Shown here one piece after another: positions 1-9,881 of a DNA stretch of 64,000 bases (the stretch's first letter is position 1; the number at the start of each line of letters is the position of its first letter). The DNA is from a candidate division WOR-3 bacterium (GTDB lineage Bacteria > Hydrothermota > Tepidihabitantia > Tepidihabitantales > Tepidihabitantaceae), in assembly GCA_965649205.1 (NCBI GenBank), contig CBFGJV010000004.1, positions 42,134 through 106,133 on the forward strand. Reading direction: 5' to 3'. The notes below the pieces were generated by a model. The model was given only the letters and a program-made list of their open reading frames with translations. It was not told the origin of the DNA and ran no database searches. The translations under genes and the position numbers were made by a program.

Positions 1-36
1 ACGCACACTCGTTGGCAAGGTAACTTTTCTTATGCC

Positions 37-594
37 ATGGGCAAATATTTCTTTGTTCTTCTCTTGGTTGTAGCAGGTGCCGGATGCGGGAAAGAACGCC
101 AGACAATGACCTCGGGACAAGATGCAAGGCCGGACCGGGTTGTTACCGTACGTCTAGTGGGCATTGACGGAAAACCCGGCCCTCAAATAAAGAAAACCAA
201 AATCGTAAAAACCGAAGCGGAATGGCGCCAGCTGCTTTCTCCGGAGCAATATATGGTTACCCGTCAAAAAGGTACCGAGCCGGCATTCTGTGGCAAATTT
301 CTTGCTCATAAGGAACCCGGAATCTACTGTTGTGTCTGCTGTGGTCTTCCCTTATTTTCTTCCCGAACAAAGTTCGAGTCGGGGAGCGGCTGGCCCAGTT
401 TCTTCCAGCCATTTGCGGAAGAAAACATTTCCTCGCGTCTAGACACAAGTCACGGCATGGTGCGCACCGAGATACTCTGTCAATTGTGTGACGCTCATCT
501 TGGCCATGTGTTTTCTGACGGTCCGCCCCCGACCGGTTTGCGATACTGTCTTAACTCGGCAGCGCTGGCATTTGTGCCCGCGGCTACTCCGTAA
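37..594 (+). CDS. msrB: Peptide-methionine (R)-S-oxide reductase MsrB with N-terminal lipoprotein signal
   Basis: Motifs GTEPAF, CxxC (CVCC, CQLC), [27 protein letters not shown]-terminus is hydrophobic with an AGC lipobox. Confidence 0.95.
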   Translation: MGKYFFVLLLVVAGAGCGKERQTMTSGQDARPDRVVTVRLVGIDGKPGPQIKKTKIVKTEAEWRQLLSPEQYMVTRQKGTEPAFCGKFLAHKEPGIYCCVCCGLPLFSSRTKFESGSGWPSFFQPFAEENISSRLDTSHGMVRTEILCQLCDAHLGHVFSDGPPPTGLRYCLNSAALAFVPAATP

Positions 595-663
595 TCACTA
601 CCCCGCCTGTGCCCGAAAATAAAAACACTGCGTCGGTGATAACGATGCAGCCAGTGATGATAA

Positions 664-1620
664 TCAATTTGCTTCGTCTTGTGACCGGCTTGAAGGCGGC
701 TCCGGAGGTGTAATCGGTCCGCTTAAGCACTCCGACCCCGGGGATGCTACTTGCAACTTGTTTGTTTCCTTCTTGACAAACTCTCCTGAGCTTTTCAACC
801 TCGCTTCCAGCTTTTCAATGCCAGCCCGCACCGTGGCCATACGCGCCTCCAGCTGAGCCAGTTCAACCTCTCCGGTAGTCAGTCGCTCCTTGAGCAGAGC
901 CGCTCGCAACGCGTTCTTGTCTTCCATTTCCCACTGCTTTCTTGTTTCCGCAACCAGACTGCGCAGCAGATCCGCCTGCCGTTGCAACCGAGAAAGAAGA
1001 CGTTTTTCCTTGATGATCATGGCGCTAAGACGCCGGTACCAGGGACTCTGTTTTCTCGCTTCTTCTCGAATACGAACGAACGTTCGCCTCAAGGCTGACT
1101 CTACCTCATCCCGGTCCGACCGGGAAAAAATATAACCCGCCCGTTCCTTCTGCAACTGTTTCAGGCGGGCAAGTGCCTGCTGCGGTCCATCGTTAGGAAG
1201 AGAAGCAATTATCTCATCTGCCTGAGACTGAAAGTAAGCGCGGGCTGCAAGCGAGGTCTGCTCTTTTAGGCGAGTTAGTTCCTGCCACGTCTCCTGGTAG
1301 CGCACCCAAAACTTGTGCCGATCCTTACGGGTGAGAGGTGCGGAACGAAATTCACCCAGAAGAGAGCGCAGCTCTTTTTCCTGCTGCGCCATTTCCCGTA
1401 ACTGAACGCGCCCCGGTTCACCCAAGGCAGCTTTCCAAGCGGCAAAGATGGTTTCGATTCTCTGAAAAAAGTCTCGACGAATCCGAGCCGATTCAGCGGC
1501 AAATGCCTTACGCGCTTCGGTTTCGGTGGCAATAGGTACTACGTCCTGAGTTTTCATTTCCACCGCAGTGGGCGGAAGAGGAAGAGCGTTCGATTCGCTT
1601 GGAGGCAAGCTCTCGTTCAT
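664..1620 (-). CDS. Hypothetical helical/coiled-coil protein (DUF349-like repeats possible)
   Basis: 318-aa ORF rich in E/K/R/Q/L heptads; upstream TTGACA-16-TAGTAT promoter (1657-1630). Confidence 0.65.
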   Translation of the reverse strand: MNESLPPSESNALPLPPTAVEMKTQDVVPIATETEARKAFAAESARIRRDFFQRIETIFAAWKAALGEPGRVQLREMAQQEKELRSLLGEFRSAPLTRKDRHKFWVRYQETWQELTRLKEQTSLAARAYFQSQADEIIASLPNDGPQQALARLKQLQKERAGYIFSRSDRDEVESALRRTFVRIREEARKQSPWYRRLSAMIIKEKRLLSRLQRQADLLRSLVAETRKQWEMEDKNALRAALLKERLTTGEVELAQLEARMATVRAGIEKLEARLKSSGEFVKKETNKLQVASPGSECLSGPITPPEPPSSRSQDEAN

Positions 1621-1725
1621 TGCGATACGATACTAAGAACCCCCGTTTCTATGTCAAGGAGAGAACACGGGCTGCCGCCTAGGGCGTCACTTGACCCTAG
1701 GAAAATAATGCCAATTATGTATGCC

Positions 1726-2454
1726 ATGGGCGCAGGTTTAGTTCTGATACTGAGCGTGGCATCATTACCCCCGATAGACAATGTTGTTGACAGTCTATTT
1801 GCCAAGCAGGCCAAACAGTCAGCCAAGTTTACGGGAGCAAGCTATCTGGCCGAATACCTCTACCGAGAATACGACAAGCAGGGAAAATCTTTGCGAGAAG
1901 AAACTTGTCGCCGGCGTGTGTATATGAACCGCGGACAGCTGTGGACAGAGTTTCTGGAGGTGACTCTCAATGGTCAGAAACTCGCCGGCCAGGAAAGACA
2001 AAAGCAGATAACTCTACTACGACGCAAAGGGCTGGTGCAGGAACGGGCACAGATGCCTTTTCAGCCCAACATACGCCACTTCTACACCTATCGACTTACA
2101 GGCGAAGATACCTGTCAGCTCCGACCAGTCTGGGTAATCGAATTTATCCCGCGGCAGCGGACGATACAGACTGTTCAGGGTCGCGCTTTTGTAGACAAGC
2201 ATAGCTATGACGTGCTGGCACTGGAGTTTCGACCGGCCAGGCTGCCCTGGTTCTGCAAGAACACACGTATGAAGCTATGGTACGCACCAACCGGGCAAAT
2301 GGTGGTACCTGTCTTCTTCGAGATGGATATGGATATAAAGGTCAGTTTGGTTATGCCCTTGACGGAAAGAAAACTGAGAATAGAAGACAGGTATTCCGAA
2401 TATGTGTTCTATGAGAAGGAGGAACGCGGGGGCGAAAAAGCCGAGGGCAAATAA
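1726..2454 (+). CDS. Hypothetical exported beta-rich protein
   Basis: Long ORF with short hydrophobic N-terminus; start uncertain (1708/1717/1726); ends 18 nt before the next gene. Confidence 0.6.
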   Translation: MGAGLVLILSVASLPPIDNVVDSLFAKQAKQSAKFTGASYLAEYLYREYDKQGKSLREETCRRRVYMNRGQLWTEFLEVTLNGQKLAGQERQKQITLLRRKGLVQERAQMPFQPNIRHFYTYRLTGEDTCQLRPVWVIEFIPRQRTIQTVQGRAFVDKHSYDVLALEFRPARLPWFCKNTRMKLWYAPTGQMVVPVFFEMDMDIKVSLVMPLTERKLRIEDRYSEYVFYEKEERGGEKAEGK

Positions 2455-2472
2455 ACAAAGAGACTAAACCCG

Positions 2473-3060
2473 GTGCTGATTGTTTTAGTACTTACACTGA
2501 TCGGTTTCTGCTGCGGGTCGCTGCCTTTTTCGGTCTGGTTGGGAAAACTCCGTGGTAAGAGCGTGCTTCTAGTAGGTGACGGGAACCCGGGAGCCGCCAA
2601 CGCTTTCAAAGCCGGTGGCTGGAGTTTGGGACTGCCCGTGCTTCTGCTTGACTTCTTGAAAGCCGCGGTACCGGTAGGAGTAGGAAGGTGGATACTGGGC
2701 ATTACCGGTTGGTCGGTGGTGCCGATTTTTCTGGCGCCAGTTGTCGGCCATGCGTTTTCTCCCTTTCTGAAATTTCGGGGAGGTAAGGCAATAGCGGCTA
2801 CTTTCGGCGCCTGGTGTGGCCTGACTCTATGGCAGGGCCCTGTTGTTCTGGGGTTGGGATTAGGTTTCTTCTGGTTGGTTTTAACTGCGGACGCCTGGTG
2901 TGTAATGGGAGGGATGTTTGTCCTGGGCGGCTGGTGGCTTATGCTTGGGGTAGAGCGATCTGTCTATCTTGCCTGGTTTCTCAACCTGCTGGTTCTGGCG
3001 TACAAACATCGTCGGGAACTGGCAACAATGCCGCGGTGGAGGCGGAGAAAAACCATATGA
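2473..3060 (+). CDS. PlsY-family (glycerol-3-phosphate acyltransferase-like) membrane acyltransferase
   Basis: GSLPFS, GDGNPGAANA, LDFLKA, GHAFSPFLKFRGGKAIA motifs; ATGA overlap with downstream GT2. Confidence 0.85.
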   Translation: MLIVLVLTLIGFCCGSLPFSVWLGKLRGKSVLLVGDGNPGAANAFKAGGWSLGLPVLLLDFLKAAVPVGVGRWILGITGWSVVPIFLAPVVGHAFSPFLKFRGGKAIAATFGAWCGLTLWQGPVVLGLGLGFFWLVLTADAWCVMGGMFVLGGWWLMLGVERSVYLAWFLNLLVLAYKHRRELATMPRWRRRKTI

Positions 3061-4232
3061 ATTTGTTCTGGCTGGAACATCAGATAGGAATTGTGGTGTT
3101 TCTGGCTGTGCTTGTTCTTATTGCCCTTTCCAACCTGAGGGCAATAAAAAGGTTACCGAAAAAACTCAGCGCAGAATTTCTAGACAAAGAAACCTCGGAC
3201 AGAACACCACGGGTGTCTGTGCTGGTACCAGCACGCAACGAGGAGAAGAACATTGAAGCGGCTGTTTCCTTCCTACTGGCCCAGGATTATCCCAACTTTG
3301 AACTTGTAGTCCTCGACGATCTTTCCATGGACAACACGCCTGTGATTTTAGGCAAAATGGAGAATCCTCGGCTTAGAGTCAGAAAAGGCACGGACTTGCC
3401 TCCGGGATGGATTGGCAAGAATTGGGCTTGTCATCAACTGGCCCAGCACGCCGTAGGCGAGTTTCTGCTTTTTACCGATGCTGATACGCGGCATAGTTCC
3501 TCCGCATTGTCCGCAGCTGTTGCGGTGATGGAAAAGGAAAAGTTAGACCTCTTGAGCGTTATTCCGCGCGAGGAAACCAAAAGCTGGGCGGAAAAACTGT
3601 TAGTGCCTATTGTGCCTTGGGCAATCATGTCTTTTTTACCTCTGGCGCTTGCGTACCGGATGCGCCGACCCGCCTTTACCGCAGCCAACGGTCAATTCCT
3701 TATGTTTCGCCGCACAGCGTATGAGCGAATTGGTGGACACGCGGCAATCAAAGAATCAGTAGTAGATGATCTGGCGCTGGTGCGACGGGCTGCCAGACTA
3801 GGACTTTTGTGGCGACTGTACGATGCCCAGAATCTTGTCGCCTGCCGAATGTACCACACCAGCCGGGAAGTGTTTGACGGATTCGGCAAGAATCTCTTCG
3901 GGGCTTTTGGATTCAAAATCATTCCCTTTGTTTTTGTCTGGTTATGGTTGCTGTTAGTTACATTTCAACCACTCTGCGTACTCAGTTTGGCCGGGGTAGG
4001 GGTCAAAGTGCCGGCATTGTCCCTCAATCTGGCAACGGCTGCTGTTCTTCTTGCGCTTCTGCTCTGGAGTATTTCTAACCGAAAATTCCGATTTCCCTGG
4101 TATGTTATCCCGCTTTATCCTTTAAGCATCGCCCTTGCTGCAGGCATCGCTGCGTATTCCGTTACGCAGACTTGCACTGGCCGGGCAGTGTGGAAAGGAC
4201 GCTGGCTACCGCGCAAGAAACCGAAATGGTAA
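3057..4232 (+). CDS. Family 2 glycosyltransferase, CrtQ/CruC-like, membrane-anchored
   Basis: VSVLVPARNEE, LPPGWIGKNWAC, FTDAD, ANGQF, DDLAL, CRMY, C-terminal WKGR; ATG 3057 overlaps the upstream TGA. Confidence 0.88.
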   Translation: MNLFWLEHQIGIVVFLAVLVLIALSNLRAIKRLPKKLSAEFLDKETSDRTPRVSVLVPARNEEKNIEAAVSFLLAQDYPNFELVVLDDLSMDNTPVILGKMENPRLRVRKGTDLPPGWIGKNWACHQLAQHAVGEFLLFTDADTRHSSSALSAAVAVMEKEKLDLLSVIPREETKSWAEKLLVPIVPWAIMSFLPLALAYRMRRPAFTAANGQFLMFRRTAYERIGGHAAIKESVVDDLALVRRAARLGLLWRLYDAQNLVACRMYHTSREVFDGFGKNLFGAFGFKIIPFVFVWLWLLLVTFQPLCVLSLAGVGVKVPALSLNLATAAVLLALLLWSISNRKFRFPWYVIPLYPLSIALAAGIAAYSVTQTCTGRAVWKGRWLPRKKPKW

Positions 4233-4344
4233 GTAATGACTTTCATCGTGCGCCAGCCGGAATAAATGGAGTGCCGTAACGGATGAAAATTAAACAATAT
4301 GGTGGCAAATACGCTGTTTTTGTGCTAAGCTGAAAAACGGGAAT

Positions 4345-5331
4345 ATGCATACCGAAAATGCGCTAAACAATTCGGCCGTCAGACCGCGAGTAGTATTCGG
4401 CCGGTGTTTGACATTTGCTCCTTGCCGCTACAACGGACAGATTATCGCCAGCGAAGTTGTAGAGCTGCTAAAACAGTTCTGCGAATGCATTACGCCCTGC
4501 CCGGAAGTTGATATCGGGCTGGGTGTTCCTCGCGAGCCCCTACGCATCGTGCGTAGCGAAACCCGGCTGCGGCTAGTGCAACCTGCTACTGGCAGAGATC
4601 TAACAGAAGAAATACAGACATATGCCCGGGACTTTCTCGCCAAACTGGGTCCGGTGGATGGATTTGTGCTCAAGGGCAAAAGCCCCAGCTGTGGTCTGAC
4701 AGATGTGAAATTGTTCGCCTATGCGGGCAAAAGCTCTCCACTCCCTGGGAAAATTGCTGGTTTCTTTGGCCAAGCAGTGCTGGAACAATTTCCGGACACG
4801 GCGGTTGAAGATGAAGGCAGGCTGCTCAACTTCACCCTACGAGAACACTTCTTCACCCGCATCTATACGTCAGCTCGTTTTCGCCAGCTGCCCCGTACCC
4901 TTGCCACGCTAGTTCAGTTTCACGCCGAAAACAAACTTCTGCTTCTTGGTTACAATCAAACTCGCATGCGGGAACTGGGTCGATTAGTGGCAAATCCAGA
5001 CCGTTTGCCGGCGACAGAGGTTTACAGAGCATACGCCCAAGGATTGAGTCGAGCGCTGGCCCGACCACCCCGGCCGCAGTCAATCGTAAATGTGATGGAG
5101 CATGCACTGGGGTATTTCAAGAAGCGACTAAGTACAAAGGAAAAACAGCTCAGCCGCAGGCTCATCGCCAGCTACCGGGAAGGCCGGGTACCATTGTCTG
5201 TTCCGCAGGCGGTTATACGGACTTTCATAGCTCGCTTTGAGGAAGACTACTTGGCACAGCAAACTTTTTTTCGACCTTATCCAGAGGAATTGGTGCTGAT
5301 TTCAGATTCGGGCAAGGGAAGAAATCTGTAA
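4345..5331 (+). CDS. DUF523 (2-thiouracil desulfurase-like) + DUF1722 protein, YbgA family
   Basis: CRYNG, CPEV.IGLGVPRE, KSPSCG, EDEGRL, FHA.NKLLL, YLAQQTFF.PYP. Confidence 0.9.
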   Translation: MHTENALNNSAVRPRVVFGRCLTFAPCRYNGQIIASEVVELLKQFCECITPCPEVDIGLGVPREPLRIVRSETRLRLVQPATGRDLTEEIQTYARDFLAKLGPVDGFVLKGKSPSCGLTDVKLFAYAGKSSPLPGKIAGFFGQAVLEQFPDTAVEDEGRLLNFTLREHFFTRIYTSARFRQLPRTLATLVQFHAENKLLLLGYNQTRMRELGRLVANPDRLPATEVYRAYAQGLSRALARPPRPQSIVNVMEHALGYFKKRLSTKEKQLSRRLIASYREGRVPLSVPQAVIRTFIARFEEDYLAQQTFFRPYPEELVLISDSGKGRNL

Positions 5332-5398
5332 GGAAGTTAGACAATGTTCGCTTCTCTTTGCTTCGCAGAAAAATCTGTACTGTTCGACGCTTTTGTCT

Positions 5399-5875
5399 AT
5401 GCGGTTATGGAGCATCCATCCCCGATATCTTGACCGTGTCGGTCTGGTGGCACTATGGCGGGAAGCCCTGCTAGCACAGGCAGTGCTGCGGGGACAAACT
5501 CGGGGCTACAGACATCATCCACAACTCAAGCGCTTTCAGGAACATCCCCATCCCATACAGGCAATAGCCGAGTATCTCCGGGTTATCTGGAAAGAAGCCG
5601 CAAAACGTGGGTATGCATTCGATCGTAATAAACTGAGTCCACCGCACCGAATAGCAAAGATGCCAGTTCCGCTCGGTCAAGTAAAGTACGAGTTCCTGCT
5701 ATTACGGCAAAAAGTCAGGCGCCGTGATCCCTGCTGGTATACCCTCCTGCGTCCTCTAGACCAGCCCGTAGTTCACCCGGTCTTTCGCGTAGTGGCCGGG
5801 GGGGTGGCCAGCTGGGAACGAATACCAGCCAAGTCCGGCCTCTTCCGCAACAAAGCTTGTCCCGGACGCTTATGA
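5399..5875 (+). CDS. Pyrimidine dimer DNA glycosylase / T4 endonuclease V family protein
   Basis: MRLWSIHPRYLD..GLVALWREALLAQAVL.G.T.GY..HPQL.RF signature. Confidence 0.85.
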   Translation: MRLWSIHPRYLDRVGLVALWREALLAQAVLRGQTRGYRHHPQLKRFQEHPHPIQAIAEYLRVIWKEAAKRGYAFDRNKLSPPHRIAKMPVPLGQVKYEFLLLRQKVRRRDPCWYTLLRPLDQPVVHPVFRVVAGGVASWERIPAKSGLFRNKACPGRL

Positions 5876-6264
5876 AAGCTACCGGCCTGTGGAACTTTAT
5901 ATCCCGCTCCCGGGTGCGCGGAAGTTTGTTATTTGTCCTCGGGTATATCCTTTCGCCCTTATCCTGGTGGAATGATGTGTTTGTGAATTTGCCCCTTGCC
6001 TATGCCCTTGGCAGTTTGGCAGGACTTCTGTCCAGACGGCTGTTTCTCCCGGCAATGGTACTGGCTTACTGGGGAACCAACATTCTGGGCCTGGTGTTGA
6101 TGTCCAAAGGGGCTGGCAACATAATTAGACCGCACAAACCGGCAGATAGACGGAAGGAGCTTATAGGCACATTAGCTCTTTCGGCTTTTTACACAATTGC
6201 GGTAATTCTGCTTGTCCGTTTAGGAATTCTGAAAGCGGCGTTCAACTGGCGCCAGAAACCTTAG
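5872..6264 (+). CDS. Small hypothetical membrane protein
   Basis: GYILSPLSWWND.FVN.P motif, 3-4 hydrophobic segments; ATGA overlap. Confidence 0.7.
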   Translation: MKATGLWNFISRSRVRGSLLFVLGYILSPLSWWNDVFVNLPLAYALGSLAGLLSRRLFLPAMVLAYWGTNILGLVLMSKGAGNIIRPHKPADRRKELIGTLALSAFYTIAVILLVRLGILKAAFNWRQKP

Positions 6265-6330
6265 CGCCCCAAAAACAGGTTGCATTGCCACACAGGTTGA
6301 CCCAAATCCTGGCCGCTTTATACTCAACCG

Positions 6331-6966
6331 ATGCCGCGGGCAGAACTTTCTCCGGCGCAGGCACTGCTGGCAGAGCTGACACAGGAGGAATTGCGTCGGT
6401 TGGCTCGGCAGAACGGAGTGACCCTGTCAGGCCGGCCGAGCCGAATTAACTTGCTAAGAAGCATCGTTGCCCATCTCAGTTTGGACGAACTTACAGATTC
6501 TCTGTGTCGTCTGTTCCCTGGCTCCGAGCCGGTCCCCGAAGGAATCATACGACTGGACCAGGTAAATCGGCTCACAGGAGAAACGGCTGTGCATGCCTGC
6601 TCCTGTTCTCATCCCGGGCTGGGAAGACTACTACTGGAGTTGCGCGGTTCCTGTCTGGTTCTGCGCGTACCCAGTATTCCTCTTTTCTTGGAAAACCGTT
6701 GGCCGGTGCTGGTGCGTGACCTTGGAGAAGTAATCCTGAAACGACTCTATGCCGGATTTGTGCAGGCACGGCGACTGCACCCGGCAGCCCAGGCTCCCCC
6801 TCCCAAGAATGCGCCCTACATTCTGGACGAAGGCTATTATGGTCTGCGCAACTCCCGATTGCGCGTAGAATTGAAACGTACGGGCGTAATTTCCTTCCAG
6901 GTGGTGTTCCTGCGCTGTCGCCGCCCGGCTAACCGACCCGAATATCTGCTCCTGCCTATAGCCTGA
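6331..6966 (+). CDS. Hypothetical protein with possible N-terminal HeH/SAP-like motif
   Basis: LTQEELRRLARQNGV...R..LL..I pattern; TTGACC-16-TATACT promoter ends 6 nt before the ATG. Confidence 0.6.
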   Translation: MPRAELSPAQALLAELTQEELRRLARQNGVTLSGRPSRINLLRSIVAHLSLDELTDSLCRLFPGSEPVPEGIIRLDQVNRLTGETAVHACSCSHPGLGRLLLELRGSCLVLRVPSIPLFLENRWPVLVRDLGEVILKRLYAGFVQARRLHPAAQAPPPKNAPYILDEGYYGLRNSRLRVELKRTGVISFQVVFLRCRRPANRPEYLLLPIA

Positions 6967-6991
6967 AGTAGATGCGTTCCTGCTTGCCTCT

Positions 6992-7789
6992 GTGATATTC
7001 TCGCTTCTGGTACTCGCTCTGGCGCCGGTAGGCGCCTTGTTCCTTTTCTTTTATCTTCGCGATCGCTATCGTGAACCCCTGCCGCCGCTTCTGGCCACCT
7101 TTGCCCTCGGTGCCGGCTCGTTATTGCCCACAGTTGCCACCTCACTGGCCCTGCAGCGTCTGACCGGCCTATCCTCGCGTGCCAGCGGGTTGGGGGAACT
7201 CTTTCTCACCGCCCTTATCATCGTAGGAGTGGTAGAAGAAGGATACAAATTTCTGGTTGTACGTCTGTATTCCTACAACTTAAAGGAATTCGATGAACCC
7301 TACGACGGAATCATGTACTCAGCCACCGCAGCGCTGGGCTTTGCCAGTCTGGAGAATGTGCTGTATGTCCTGTCCGGCAGCCACGGCACCGCCATAGGCC
7401 GGGCACTGCTGGCTGTGCCCAGCCATGCCTTCTTTGGGGTGCTTATGGGGTTTTTCCTGGGAGAGGCAAAGTTTGCCGCCACTACCAGCCGTTCTATCCT
7501 GCTTAGTCTGCTCGGCCTGACTCTGGCGATACTTGCGCACACGGTTTATGACTTCATGGTATTTGCTCTGGCAAAGCGGCCGCTTATGTTTCTGGTGATA
7601 CCCGTCTTCGTGGTTCTATCTTGGGTCATACTCTTTAGTGCCACAAAACGTCAAGCCAACCAGTCTCCGCAACGCCAGCCAGCGCTGGCAGCTCTAAAAA
7701 ATGTCTACATCACACCGGAAGTCACCGAGGAAGAAAAGACGCCCCCCCCTGATTCCCAGTCTGGCCTGCCACCTTCAACGCTCCCATAG
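6992..7789 (+). CDS. prsW: PrsW-family intramembrane glutamic protease
   Basis: D..REP, EEGYK (EExxK), FDEPYDG, GFASLEN, HAFF and H..YD motifs. Confidence 0.9.
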   Translation: MIFSLLVLALAPVGALFLFFYLRDRYREPLPPLLATFALGAGSLLPTVATSLALQRLTGLSSRASGLGELFLTALIIVGVVEEGYKFLVVRLYSYNLKEFDEPYDGIMYSATAALGFASLENVLYVLSGSHGTAIGRALLAVPSHAFFGVLMGFFLGEAKFAATTSRSILLSLLGLTLAILAHTVYDFMVFALAKRPLMFLVIPVFVVLSWVILFSATKRQANQSPQRQPALAALKNVYITPEVTEEEKTPPPDSQSGLPPSTLP

Positions 7790-9799
7790 TTTATCAATTT
7801 GGCTTCTGATATCCGAAGTGGCAGCGATATCATCATAGAGCGGCTCAGCCAGACCGTAGCGCACCGTCCGTTGTTCAAAGAACCGGACCGCTTCCGGTAG
7901 CAGAAAACGAGTAAGCTGGGCATAGAGGTGTCTGTCTCCCAACCCAAACCGACGGCTGTAATATCGCAGGGGAAAATAGACATACAATCTTTCCCTGGCG
8001 CGGGTAACGGCTACATAAAACAGGCGACGTTCCTCCTCTATGGAATCCTGGTCCTCGGTAGCCATATCCGAAGGAATCATCCCATCGGCGGCATGAATAA
8101 TATACACTATCTTCCATTCGCAGCCCTTGGCCGAGTGCATTGTAGAAAGTATAAGAAAATCCTCGTCCTTGCGGGGAGGGCCGGCCAGATCAGCAGTAGA
8201 TTCTGGCGGGTCCAGCGCCAGGTCAGTGATGAAACTTTGCCTGCTCTTGTATCTCCGGGCAATGTGCTCCAGCTGCTCCAAGTCCCGAGCGCGCGATAGC
8301 GGATTGTCATACAGACGTTCCAGCAGCGGTTCATAATAACCGCGCAACATTTCCACCTGAGCCGCCACCTGCATCTTCGTCGAATTCTCCCGCAGCTTTT
8401 CCAAAGTCTGCACTAATTCTACAAACTTGTCCTGGGCGGCTTTGGGCATTGAGAACGTCAGCAGAGAGCGGAAAACAAAACCAGACCGGGCGAGAAAATC
8501 AAACGCTTCCTGTGCTTTCTTCGGCCCCACGCCCTCCAGCATTTCCAGCACCCGAAACCAGCTGATGTCATCCCGGGGATTCTCCACAACCCTCAGCAGG
8601 GCCAACAGGTCCTTTACGTGTGCCGCTTCCACAAAACGTAGCCCTCCGTATTTGTGAAAAGGAATGCCCCGGCGGCTTAATTCCACCTCCAGCATGTCCG
8701 AATGGTGACCGGCTCGAAAAAGAACCGCCTGTTCGTGTAGGCTCACCCCCTCCTCCAAATGCTTCAGAATCGTATCTGCTACCTGCTGGACCTGCTCGGC
8801 TTCATCCCGGCAGACGGTCAATATCGGCCGTTGACTACTCTTCCGCTGCGACCAGAGGTTCTTGGTATAGCGGAAGGAAGCGGGAGTCATGATAGCATTG
8901 GCTGCATCCAGAATCGGCTGTGTGGAGCGGTAATTCTCTTCCAGAGTTACTATCGTAGCATCGGGAAACTGCTGAGGAAACTGCAGAATGTTACGGATAG
9001 TTGCACCGCGAAAAGCATAGATGGACTGAGCGTCATCACCTACTACGGTGATATTACGATTGTCCTGGCGCAATTTCTGCAGAATTTCGGCCTGAATAAT
9101 GTTGGTGTCCTGGTACTCGTCTACCAGTACGTGTTCAAACATTCCGGACAGATACTGCTGCATTCGCTCTAGGTCCAGAAGATGTTTCCAGAATAAAAGC
9201 AGGTCGTCGTAGTCCAGAATCTGTCGTTCCTGCTTGCGTGTCGTGTAACGCCGGAATATCTCCTTGAGTCCCTGCTCGGCTGACACGCACCAGGGATACT
9301 CCTTTTCCAGCACCCTAGACAATGATTCGCCCGAATTGACTACTCGGGAGTATATGTCCCGGATAGTGGCCTTGCGGGGAAAACGTTTGTCTTTCGCCGC
9401 ATATCCCAGTTCAGTTCTGATTACTCCCAGGATGTCTGCGGCATCGCTTTCGTCTGCCACGGTGAACGAAGGAGACAGCCCTACCAGATGGCCGTACATG
9501 CGCAGCAGCCGGTTGGCTACCGCATGAAAAGTACCACCCCACACCCGGTGTACTGACTGCCGGGTGAGAGAATGCGCCCGGGTAAGCATTTCCTGCGCCG
9601 CCCTGCGGGTAAATGTAAGAAGCAGAATTCGTTCTGCCGGCACCCCCTGATGAATCAGCCAGGCCACCCGATATGCCAGAGTTCTGGTCTTGCCCGTGCC
9701 CGCACCGGCGATGACCAGAAGCGGTCCGGCGCCGTGCGTAACCGCCTTCAGTTGTTGTGGGTTGAGTGCTTTCACCCAGCTGTCTGGCAGATCGCTCAT
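7775..9799 (-). CDS. UvrD/PcrA-family ATP-dependent DNA helicase
   Basis: AGAGTGKT, LTFTRRAA, TFH, VDEYQDTN, VGDDAQSIYAFRGA, NYRS, TMHSAKG.EW, EERRLFYVAVTRA. Confidence 0.95.
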   Translation of the reverse strand: MSDLPDSWVKALNPQQLKAVTHGAGPLLVIAGAGTGKTRTLAYRVAWLIHQGVPAERILLLTFTRRAAQEMLTRAHSLTRQSVHRVWGGTFHAVANRLLRMYGHLVGLSPSFTVADESDAADILGVIRTELGYAAKDKRFPRKATIRDIYSRVVNSGESLSRVLEKEYPWCVSAEQGLKEIFRRYTTRKQERQILDYDDLLLFWKHLLDLERMQQYLSGMFEHVLVDEYQDTNIIQAEILQKLRQDNRNITVVGDDAQSIYAFRGATIRNILQFPQQFPDATIVTLEENYRSTQPILDAANAIMTPASFRYTKNLWSQRKSSQRPILTVCRDEAEQVQQVADTILKHLEEGVSLHEQAVLFRAGHHSDMLEVELSRRGIPFHKYGGLRFVEAAHVKDLLALLRVVENPRDDISWFRVLEMLEGVGPKKAQEAFDFLARSGFVFRSLLTFSMPKAAQDKFVELVQTLEKLRENSTKMQVAAQVEMLRGYYEPLLERLYDNPLSRARDLEQLEHIARRYKSRQSFITDLALDPPESTADLAGPPRKDEDFLILSTMHSAKGCEWKIVYIIHAADGMIPSDMATEDQDSIEEERRLFYVAVTRARERLYVYFPLRYYSRRFGLGDRHLYAQLTRFLLPEAVRFFEQRTVRYGLAEPLYDDIAATSDIRSQIDKLWER

Positions 9800-9881
9800 A
9801 GACGATGATTATAACCGAATCTCTACCCCAGACCAGCTGTTATTACGAGCAATTCTTCAGGAAAATGCGTTCAAGTTTTGG

